Positions 40,445 through 48,746 of a stretch of DNA of 64,000 nucleotides are shown piece after piece. This stretch comes from an uncultured Latescibacterota bacterium (GTDB taxonomy: Bacteria > Latescibacterota > UBA2968 > UBA8231): the NCBI GenBank assembly GCA_958295495.1, contig OY282352.1:3581485-3645484 (forward strand). The letters are read 5' to 3'. The first letter of the stretch is position 1. Every line of letters starts with the position of its first letter. Made by a program: the position numbers and the translations under genes. Under the pieces are notes generated by a model. It was not told the origin of the DNA. It worked only from the letters and a program-made list of their open reading frames with translations, and did not search any database.

Positions 40445-41962
40445 ATGCAACATAGTCCCCCCACAACCTTGGTAATCCGGGAGCTTTCAGATATCGCGGA
40501 TTATGCGTTTGACGGCTCGGATCTGGAGATTCCCTTCACGCTTGAGGGCACTGGAGCCACGGTGTTTCTGGTTATCTACACCGTTGATCAGCACCCCCCG
40601 CTGACCGTAGAGGGCGAAGGACCCGGACCGTATAACGATCCCGAGCACGCGGCGGCTGGCATGTGTTTGAGGATGTGGATTGGCTGGTCTTCAAGTCCGA
40701 CGGTGTGCGCTTAGAAGAGGGTGCCAATACCATCGTGTGGAACGGCCGCGACCTGAACGGCGAGATCGTACCTGCGGGCAGCTACGATCTCTTCCTAGCC
40801 GCCTTTGACGACGAGGCGACCCCGCATATAGTCGGAACGATTCGTCCCAACTTTGGAGGGGTTCACCAGCTAATCGTCGATACGGATCGGGGGCTCATGT
40901 TTGGCCCTTCCGAATACGTGCATACTATGGAGAACGACTGGATTGAGAACCTGACGGGCAGAGACGAAGTCAACCGGCAGGAGGTGGAAGCCGCGTGCGG
41001 TGATAATTGTTCCAGCAACATCCACAATGGAACCCCGTTGAACGACGATTACACCGAGTGGATCGGCAATATAAACGGCGGCGGTGGTTGGCTCGTGCGC
41101 TACAATTTTGATTGGGATGCACTCCAGGTTATTCCCCAGAGCGATTGGGCTCTGGACGCGGGTGCCGTAGATGGAATCCTCAGTTGCGGCGACGCGCTTC
41201 CGGGTCGCCAGTACGCCAGCATCACCAATCCGGAAAAAACGATCGTCTGGGCTGGCGGTGGGGTATCCGGCACCGTGGCCAAACTCACCGGCTGGGATGT
41301 GGAGACCGGCGAATTGGTCCCCGACCAAGTGGGGCTGGACCGTGTATCCCGCAGGGGGAGCAGATGTCGTCAATTACGGATACGTGCTGGGGGAAGATGG
41401 CTCGGGCCTATTCAAATTCCAGCCCAAGGCCATCCCGGCGACCTTTCCGGACCATCTAATGATAGTTGACGAGGGTGAGAGCGATTGGGACGGCGTCTAC
41501 CTCAACATAGGTGCGGGCGAAGGGGGAGCAGCGACCAATGACTGGATTAGTCAATTGGGAGATGATCCAAATCCGTTGGTACCTCTCCTCTTTCCCATCG
41601 TGCACATGCCGTACGACCAGAAGCGGGTGAGCTTGGGTGGGACGGCTACCGCAGTGAGCCAAATGGAGACGGAGGCCCTGCCTACCTCTTACGAGTTGGG
41701 CAATGCCTATCCCAACCCGTTCAATCCGGAGACCACCATCCGCTTCTCCCTGCCGTGGGAGGCCGACATAACGGTCAAGATCTTCAACGAGCAGGGGCAA
41801 TTCGTGCGCGACTTGGTCAACGACCGCATGGGGCCCGGAGAGTTCAGGGTGACTTGGGATGGCACGGATGCCAACGGTGCTCAAGTGGCCAGCGGCGTGT
41901 ACATCTACAAGATTCAAGGTCCCGACTTGCGGATGAGTAAGAAGGTTACGTTGCTCAAATAG
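40445..41962 (+). pseudogene. Degraded paralog of the 43419-45329 FlgD/CTD protein
   Basis: Three frames match the intact gene (LSDIADYAFDGSDLEI; LVFKSDG..WNGRD; YDQKRV..GNAYPNPFNPET..KKVTLLK); frameshifts near 40655 and 41325, internal deletion, no signal peptide. Confidence 0.88.
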
Positions 41963-42020
41963 ACAATGTGGTAGGGATCACAAGACAAAGAAGTTAGGTC
42001 GCGTACTGGAGTGCGTGGAG

Positions 42021-42056
42021 AAACAGAGGATTTAATCGTCCTCTGTTTTTCTTTTT
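42021..42056 (+). terminator. Rho-independent terminator
   Basis: aaacagagga-tttaatcg-tcctctgttt followed by T tract. Confidence 0.8.
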
Positions 42057-42076
42057 AGGCTAACGGTGCAACCGGA

Positions 42077-43147
42077 TTGGTAGTATGTCCAATATTCAAC
42101 ATGCCGCCGCTCTTGCGCTCGGCCTTATTCTGGTTTGGAGCGGGCATTCCCTTCACCATTGGCAGTATCACGGCTTTGCACGCCTATTATCCTGTCTTTC
42201 CGAAGATCGAACTCTATACGCTCCTGCCAATTTTCCGCCGCAGCACTCTACTTCGACCCGGCCTCTACTTTACAACCATCAGTTTTACTTATTTTCTGAG
42301 TCGGGACATCTCCCTGGGGATCTGGTTTTTTAACCTGCTGGCCAAGCTTCAGGAAGGGTCGTTCAATCTTCTGGGGGTTTCCAGCACCGAATATATGGAG
42401 TGGGTTACGGTGCCTATCCTGGCGCATCAGAATATCGGGGCCATGATTGTCTTCGTGCTCTTCGGTCTATGGATGGGCCGCTCCCATCTGAGGGCGGTGG
42501 TGTGCAAGGCGTTCAGGGGTGACGCGTCGGTGCAAGATGCGGACGAGGTGATGTCGTACCGGACCGCGGTCGCGCGTCTTCGTCATGGCCGCCTGTGCCA
42601 ATGCGCTCATGATGGCGGAGAAGATCCGCGGCAGACGGAGGATATTGCTGTGGGCTATGCTGGTCGCGATTCTGGTCAGTGCGCTAGGTTCTATCTGGGT
42701 TGAGATGGCACTGAGGTATCGCTATGGGGGCATTAACCTGAGCGGGTTTTTCACGGGACTGGTGCACTATCCATTCAGATTCATCGCGCGCAATTTGTCA
42801 AATCCCACGGGCCCTCAGTGGGGCGGGTGGTTGTGGACAGCGTACGGCGGCGTCTTGATGGGGGGCTGATGTTGGCCCGGCAACGCTTGTCGTGGTGGCC
42901 CATCCACCCCATGAGTCTGCCGATCAGTTCAATGTGGATGACGGACTCCATTATGCTGAGCGTCTTTCTATCCTGGTTGATCAAAGGGGTTATCTTGAAG
43001 TACGGGGGACGACGACTCTACGACCGAGGCAAGCCATTTTTCATCGGCTTGGTCATCGGCCAGTTTGCCTGCATGGGGTGCTGGCTGATTATAGATTATT
43101 TTACCGGTATGACAGGTAATGTGGTGTACCGGTTGAGTGGAGATTGA
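42077..43147 (+). pseudogene. Degraded paralog of the DUF6785-like transporter (30215-32176)
   Basis: Fragments in 3 frames: DISLGIWFFNL..EVMSYRTAV / ACANAL..YGGINL / WWPIHP..ILKYGG..IDYFTGMTGN; N-terminal third and an internal block missing. Confidence 0.88.
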
Positions 43148-43348
43148 CTCATGACAAATATGTCCTTACTCGGGTAGTGCTCCCGTCGATCAACTAGGCC
43201 AATACGGTGGCACCTAGCACGGAATGATCACCACCGCCTGCGCCAAGGGCCTGCCGGAAATACGCCGTGCGCGTGTCCATCAACCTCACCGCGTTGTACT
43301 GCCACCCACCTGAACCGCACGAGATCGGCGACAATCACCTCTTTGAGC

Positions 43349-43382
43349 AAAAAAAGCGCCGCCGGCAAAACCGGCGACGCTT
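43349..43382 (-). terminator. Rho-independent terminator of 43419-45329
   Basis: Minus strand aagcgtcgccgg-tttt-gccggcggcgc-ttttttt. Confidence 0.8.
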
Positions 43383-43418
43383 GGTGTAGGCCCATCTAGG
43401 CGATTGGCCGCGAGAACC

Positions 43419-45329
43419 TCATTTGAGGAAAGTCACCTTCTTGCTCAAACTCAGGTTCGGCGCATTGATCTTATAGATGTACACTCCGCTGGCGACCTGA
43501 TGGCCCGCGTTGTCCGTGCCGTCCCAAGTCACCTCGAACTGCCCCGCGTTCAACGTCTCGTCAACCAGTGTGCGGACGAGCTGACCTTGGTCGTTGAAGA
43601 CGTCGATCTTGACGTCAACGCTCCAAGGCAGGGAGAAGCGAATGGTCGTCTCGGGGTTGAACGGGTTGGGATAGGCATTGCCCAACTCGTAGGCGTCCGG
43701 CGTGTTCCCTTCCTGCTCGGTAACCGCCGTCATCATCGTACCTAGGTTGACCCTCTTCTGATCATAGGGCCAGTGCGCGATGGGATAGGTATTGGGAAAA
43801 GGCGTATCAGCGGGTATCCAGTCGTTGGTGGCGGCTTCGTCCTGAATGCCGCCCACGGCTAAGTACACGCCGTCCCAGTTGGTGTCGTCGTTGACGATGA
43901 TGGTAAACTGCGGCCAAGTCAGGGGGGCTTGCTTGGGTTGGAAATTGAACAGACCCGAGCCGTCCTGGCCCAGGACGTATCCGAAGTTGACATTGTCGAG
44001 ACCGTTGGCCGGCAGCGAGACCCAGCCCCAGTCGGTGACATAGACCGAGTACTTGAAGTTGGGTGCCTCGGTGTGGCCGTAGATCAAGTCGGCAAAGCCG
44101 GCCTCCGCGCTCCAGGGCTTCTGGTCGCCAAAGCCGTCGCCGTTGCGGTTGATCCACTTCAAGTTGCCGTCCCAGTCGTGGCGCGTTATCAACGAGGTGT
44201 GGTGGCTAGTGGCGGCAATGCCAAAGGGATCGGGCTCGCCGTTGTACTGCTTGGCCACCCAACCGGGGCCGCTGCTGCGGTCGCTGCCCTTGTTGTCGTA
44301 GAGCCACAGATCTGACTGATCCCACTCGAAGAGCTTTTCGCCGGTCTCGACCGACCAGCCGACCATGGAACTCTGGGTGCCGGAGACCCCGCCAGTAGTC
44401 AGCAGGATGGTCTTGTCCGGATTGAGGTATGAGCCGTAGGAACGGCCGGGCATGCCGTTCTCGATGACGCCGTTTTCGGCACCGGCGTCCAAGCCCCAGT
44501 CCTCGTCGGCGATGAGTTGGTTGGAATCCCAGTCGATGGAACCGCGCAGCATAAAACCCGTCCCAGACTGGATATTACCGATCCAGTCATTGCCACTGAG
44601 CAGGTTGATGGTCCTGAGGGCCTCGCCGTTGCAGCGCTCGCCGCAGGCATCGCTCAGGGAGGTAGCATCAAAGGCGTCGAGTGACTCCGTCTGGGCGGCC
44701 CAGTCGTGCTCAATCCAGTCGTCGGTCATAGTCGCCTTGTACAGGGCACCGTACAGCAGGTCGCGGCTCGGGTCGATGGCGACAAAGCGATACGAACCCG
44801 TGGTCCGCTTCACCGGACCGACGAGATGGGGCGTGGCCTCGTCGTCATAGGCGGCCAGGTACAGGTGGTACGCGCCGGCCTCCACGACATTGCCTTCCAT
44901 GTCGCGGCCGTTCCACACGATGGTGTTGGAGCCCTCTTCAAAGCGCTGGCCCTCGGACTTGAAGACCAAGAAATCGACGCCGTCGTACACGTGCCAACCC
45001 GGAGCGCCGTGCTCGGCGTCTTGGTACGGGGGCGGCCCTTCGCCCTCAATGGTCAGGGGTGGATTCTGGCCCACGGTGTAGATAATGAGCCACACGGTGG
45101 CACCGGCACCATCGAGGGTGAAATTGATCTCCAGATCCGAACCATCAAAGGCGTAGTCTTCGATGTCGCTTAGCCCTTCGATGGTGAGGATGGTGGGAGC
45201 TATGCCGCCGCTGGTCATATCGGCCAAGCCGACGTCGGCGCTACCGGCGTGCAGAAAAGCGCTGGCAGACCCCACAGAGAGGAATAGAGCCATGACGGCC
45301 ATTCCCAAAATTTGCAATACTTTCATCAC
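43419..45329 (-). CDS. Secreted acidic protein with N-terminal FlgD-like domain, beta-rich core and C-terminal FlgD/T9SS type A-like CTD
   Basis: Signal peptide; NTIVWNGRDMEG..GAYHLYL; AYPNPFNPETTIRF..WDGTD..ASGVYIYKI..KKVTFLK. Confidence 0.82.
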   Translation of the reverse strand: MMKVLQILGMAVMALFLSVGSASAFLHAGSADVGLADMTSGGIAPTILTIEGLSDIEDYAFDGSDLEINFTLDGAGATVWLIIYTVGQNPPLTIEGEGPPPYQDAEHGAPGWHVYDGVDFLVFKSEGQRFEEGSNTIVWNGRDMEGNVVEAGAYHLYLAAYDDEATPHLVGPVKRTTGSYRFVAIDPSRDLLYGALYKATMTDDWIEHDWAAQTESLDAFDATSLSDACGERCNGEALRTINLLSGNDWIGNIQSGTGFMLRGSIDWDSNQLIADEDWGLDAGAENGVIENGMPGRSYGSYLNPDKTILLTTGGVSGTQSSMVGWSVETGEKLFEWDQSDLWLYDNKGSDRSSGPGWVAKQYNGEPDPFGIAATSHHTSLITRHDWDGNLKWINRNGDGFGDQKPWSAEAGFADLIYGHTEAPNFKYSVYVTDWGWVSLPANGLDNVNFGYVLGQDGSGLFNFQPKQAPLTWPQFTIIVNDDTNWDGVYLAVGGIQDEAATNDWIPADTPFPNTYPIAHWPYDQKRVNLGTMMTAVTEQEGNTPDAYELGNAYPNPFNPETTIRFSLPWSVDVKIDVFNDQGQLVRTLVDETLNAGQFEVTWDGTDNAGHQVASGVYIYKINAPNLSLSKKVTFLK

Positions 45330-45340
45330 ACTTCCTCGCT

Positions 45341-45361
45341 TTTTAAGTTTTAAGTTTTAAG
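45341..45361. repeat. 7-bp tandem repeat TTTTAAG x3 directly upstream of the 45329 RBS
   Basis: Direct reading. Confidence 0.85.
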
Positions 45362-45442
45362 TTGTGCATGGATTTTTCGGTTGCCATGTTGCTCAATCTT
45401 GGCATCCTTGCGGGGCGGAATGATCGGCCGAATGGGTGGCCC

Positions 45443-45484
45443 CCGCGCCGACTCCTCGGTCTGAATCACCAGTTCCTGTTGCAG
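45443..45484 (-). pseudogene. exbB remnant
   Basis: LQQELVIQTEESAR vs intact ExbB LKEELVIQTEESAR; DNA similar to about 26293-26334. Confidence 0.8.
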
Positions 45485-45486
45485 CA

Positions 45487-45630
45487 TCATGCCTCCTCTA
45501 CGCTGTCCCTAGACACTGCGGCAATGGCCTCGTCCGCCGCGAGGTATTTTCCCAGAAGCGCGGGAACGTCCCCGGCCAATTTCCACTTTCCCTAAAAGCC
45601 TGCCTTGTCTTCAAAGTCGAGAACGGCGAC
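45487..45630 (-). pseudogene. 5' remnant of a paralog of the CsgG/FlgT-like gene (26739-27677)
   Basis: VAVLDFEDKAGF*GKWKLAGDVPALLGKYLAADEA vs LALLDFEDRAGFQAEWHLSRDVPDLLGRYLDADDA. Confidence 0.85.
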
Positions 45631-45726
45631 GCACACGATAAAATCCGCACTCTCTTGCCGCCCCCGGGTCGCTCCAGCGGCGAAGATGCAGAGGAGCGCC
45701 CCTCGGCGTGCCCCTCGGACCTATCC

Positions 45727-46488
45727 CTAGGGCGCGGCGGTCGCCTGTTGCACTGCCTTCCTTTCGATTTGTTGATCGAATTCGACAATGATGTCCACTG
45801 TTTCTATGGGCTGTTCGGAAGCGTCGAATTTCAGGACGAAATCCTTGAGTACCAAGCGCACCTGCCGCACTTCCTCGTCGAGCCGTTCAAAGGCTAGCAG
45901 ACCAGTGTAGTTTTCTCCCTTGAACACTTTCTGGTCCTCTATATAAGCGGTGCTGCGTACATTGCCCATGCGCAGGTCGAAACGGTAGAACTCGTTGCCG
46001 CTCTGGCCCCGGATGGCCCGGTAGTAGCGCTCGAAACTATTGTGCGGCGAGAAAGACGGCAGGCCAAAGGAATGTAGCACCTCGCCCCGATCAGTGTAGA
46101 GCAGGGCCTTGATGGGGTCCAGCATGACCTTGGCGTACACATCGTTGGTGACGCTGATGCGGAATACAGTGAAGCGCTTGGGCGTATGGCCCACGAGCGG
46201 GTCGATCCAGTCCCCGTATGTATAGGGGTTGGTGGAGAAGAAACCCCGGTGCGAGTCCTCGGGGAATATAGCGTTTAATTCCGCGTCGGTCATGGACTCG
46301 ACTTTGACGCGCAAGCCTTCGACGGCGTAGGTGATGGCTCCAGCCTCCTCCACATAGTCCTTCGGGCTGGCCTGCTGGGCACTGGGGATCAGGTCGTTAT
46401 TGTACAGAATACTAGGCGGCGTGAAGAAACTGCACCCGCTGAAAACCAGCAGTAAGGCGGCAAAAAAACGCATGATCGCGTACCTCAT
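45727..46488 (-). CDS. Hypothetical lipoprotein
   Basis: Lipobox-like LLVFSGC; ATGA coupling to upstream gene. Confidence 0.75.
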   Translation of the reverse strand: MRYAIMRFFAALLLVFSGCSFFTPPSILYNNDLIPSAQQASPKDYVEEAGAITYAVEGLRVKVESMTDAELNAIFPEDSHRGFFSTNPYTYGDWIDPLVGHTPKRFTVFRISVTNDVYAKVMLDPIKALLYTDRGEVLHSFGLPSFSPHNSFERYYRAIRGQSGNEFYRFDLRMGNVRSTAYIEDQKVFKGENYTGLLAFERLDEEVRQVRLVLKDFVLKFDASEQPIETVDIIVEFDQQIERKAVQQATAAP

Positions 46489-47720
46489 TGACTACTGACC
46501 TGACTGTAAAAGTCGATTTGCTGCTGGGCGATGGAGCCCTCTTGGGTGAGGGCGAAAATAACGGCATTGATGCCAAAGCGCAATTGCGGCTCGTTGCCGT
46601 ACAACTGAGCCCAGTTGTGCACATATCCCTTGTCCGAATAAATTCCCACCAAGCGGTTGTCCAAGAAAATCCCCTCGAGGTTGTACACCGACTCGGCAAT
46701 AGTCTGGAAATTCTGGCCTCGCTGATCGGCAAAGGAGCCGACCTGCAATTCCGAACCGACGGGCGGACCGTCGAAATCGTAGAACGTGTGGTAAATGGGA
46801 TGCGTATTGTGGATGGGCCGCAGGGTCCCTTGGGCACCCAAGGCATCGCGGAAAATCTGCCGCAGCGAGGCCTCGGCTTGGCTGAATTCGAGCGTGGGGG
46901 TGGCGTTGTCGACAAAGATAAAACCCCCGTTGTGCAGGTAAGCGCCCAAGTTGTGCATTTCGCGCTCGGTCAGCTCAAAAGCTTCGTTCGCGGTGATGTA
47001 CACAAAAGGCGTGCGGAAGAGTTCCTGCGAATCGAGGAAGAGGTGCTCGTCGACTTTGGCGGTGATGCCCGTCTGCTCATTGAGCGCATCGACCAGATTG
47101 GGCACGGCCTTGGCGGCACTGTCAAAGATCGGCTCTAGGTCCGTGGCCCAGGCCGTGCCCAGATAGACGAAGCCCTTGACGTTCTTCTTGTCCGTCGGGT
47201 CTTGGATGATTAGGCCCTTGTACTTGCCCGTGTCCAGCGCATCGAGGTCGAGCAATTCTTCGCGCATGGCAATGCGCTTCTCCGGCTCCTTGGTACCCTT
47301 GACCCGGGCGGCCGACAGCTCGATGGAAGTGGTCTGCAAATCAATCTGCACGTCGGCTTCCGCGGCGTATTCAAAAGTCTCAATGCGGCCGAACACCGAG
47401 GCACCGGGCAGGCGACGGGCCGTGGGCGCAGCCTGCCGGGGTTTCATGGTGGTCACCTGCTTGGTCATGGCCCGGGGGCGCAGGCGATGGCGTTTGAGGG
47501 CAAACGGCTTAGTCGATTTGGGCTTGCGGATGATGAGCCGGGTGACCGCCGGCGGAGGCGCGGCCCGCTCCTTGGCCACCACGATGAAATAGGCTATCCC
47601 CCCCGACGATAACACTAAGGCGATGGCCAATCCCCAGATGGTGGCGCGATAGGTCTTGAGCAGGCGACTCAAGCGCAGCTCGTCGCTCGGCACCCTGAAA
47701 CGAGTTCGGTCTAGCGGCAT
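46485..47720 (-). CDS. Membrane-anchored DUF4159-domain protein
   Basis: N-terminal TM, Pro/Lys/Arg-rich linker, PFVYIT..LGAYLHNGGFIFVD..HPIYHTFYDF..GINAVIFALT. Confidence 0.75.
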   Translation of the reverse strand: MPLDRTRFRVPSDELRLSRLLKTYRATIWGLAIALVLSSGGIAYFIVVAKERAAPPPAVTRLIIRKPKSTKPFALKRHRLRPRAMTKQVTTMKPRQAAPTARRLPGASVFGRIETFEYAAEADVQIDLQTTSIELSAARVKGTKEPEKRIAMREELLDLDALDTGKYKGLIIQDPTDKKNVKGFVYLGTAWATDLEPIFDSAAKAVPNLVDALNEQTGITAKVDEHLFLDSQELFRTPFVYITANEAFELTEREMHNLGAYLHNGGFIFVDNATPTLEFSQAEASLRQIFRDALGAQGTLRPIHNTHPIYHTFYDFDGPPVGSELQVGSFADQRGQNFQTIAESVYNLEGIFLDNRLVGIYSDKGYVHNWAQLYGNEPQLRFGINAVIFALTQEGSIAQQQIDFYSQVSSQ

Positions 47721-47737
47721 GGGATCCTATCCCTCTT

Positions 47738-48121
47738 CTAGGGCACTTCTAAGATAAAGGGCTCGGATTGCGGCCCGAAAAAATCGCGGGCGTTGACCGC
47801 CCACACGCGAATCTGCCAAACGGTCCCCGATTCGGTACTCAACGATCCATCGTCGGCAAAGGCGCGGGCTTCCGGGTCTGGTACTGCCTTGGTCTCCATG
47901 CCGCCGCTGGCGTCCGTGAAGCTGACGACGAAACCGGCGACATTCTCCGCGGTGGCCATCTGCCAAGACACGCTCACGACCCCTCCCTCTACCCCCGCCT
48001 GCACATCGGTGGGTTGGGCGAGGAGACCTCGATGGTACTGGGAAGGCATCTCCGTGTCGTTGCTGCAGGCGACTAGGGCCACTAGCGCCGTTCCTGCAAA
48101 AAGGCATATCGCTCTATACAT
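47738..48121 (-). CDS. Small lipoprotein with FN3-like fold
   Basis: Lipobox LVAC; PTDVQA..VSVSW..GFVV..IRVWAVN. Confidence 0.7.
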   Translation of the reverse strand: MYRAICLFAGTALVALVACSNDTEMPSQYHRGLLAQPTDVQAGVEGGVVSVSWQMATAENVAGFVVSFTDASGGMETKAVPDPEARAFADDGSLSTESGTVWQIRVWAVNARDFFGPQSEPFILEVP

Positions 48122-48146
48122 GCCCGAACTCCCTACGAGGATGCTG

Positions 48147-48698
48147 TTAAAAACGGGCCACTAAGCCCATGCCCAAGGCGTTGGCAGCGGCCATGGGCAC
48201 CAAATTGACGGCTTTGCCCACCACGGGTGCGCCGCCGTAGAACAGCACATCCAGCACATTGTAGCTGTACGTCGCCAAGCTCAGGACGCCAAAGATGCGG
48301 CGCAACAGATGGGACCGGTCGAGATCGTCTTTCTTGTCCGCCAGTCGTTGCCAACTCTCCTCGGCTTGGGCAAAAGTGCCGGCATCCCGCAACGCTTGGT
48401 AGCGCTCCTTTTCCAGTTTGAATTGCACTTCCTGGGTATTGAAGTCCTCGTGCGACGTCAACCAGATCACCAGACAGCCCATCTCGGCTACCATCAGGGT
48501 CGTGCCCTTGGGCTTGTGGCCGGTGGCCAACTGGCCCAATCCGGGAAAGATCAGGGATAGACCAATAGCCTGCAGGCGCGAGACACCGCTCTGACGCACC
48601 TCAAAGCGCTTTGCCGGTGCCTCTTGGGCCCAAAGCCCTTGGCTGGCGAGGAGCAACACGGCGCTGCCCAAAATGATCGTCAAGGGTCGTATCAACAT
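48147..48698 (-). CDS. DUF5683-like exported/membrane protein
   Basis: SLIFPGLGQLATG, YNVLDV, C-terminal F; RBS gagga. Confidence 0.6.
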   Translation of the reverse strand: MLIRPLTIILGSAVLLLASQGLWAQEAPAKRFEVRQSGVSRLQAIGLSLIFPGLGQLATGHKPKGTTLMVAEMGCLVIWLTSHEDFNTQEVQFKLEKERYQALRDAGTFAQAEESWQRLADKKDDLDRSHLLRRIFGVLSLATYSYNVLDVLFYGGAPVVGKAVNLVPMAAANALGMGLVARF

Positions 48699-48746
48699 AG
48701 CCAAATCCTCATTTGTTGTCTCTACCTCCGGCGGTGCAAAGCAAAT

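Noticed and set aside
45370-45410. Possible exbD 3' remnant (AK.IEQ..ATEK) after the exbB stub
   Set aside because: Needs frameshifts and matches too few residues; not annotated
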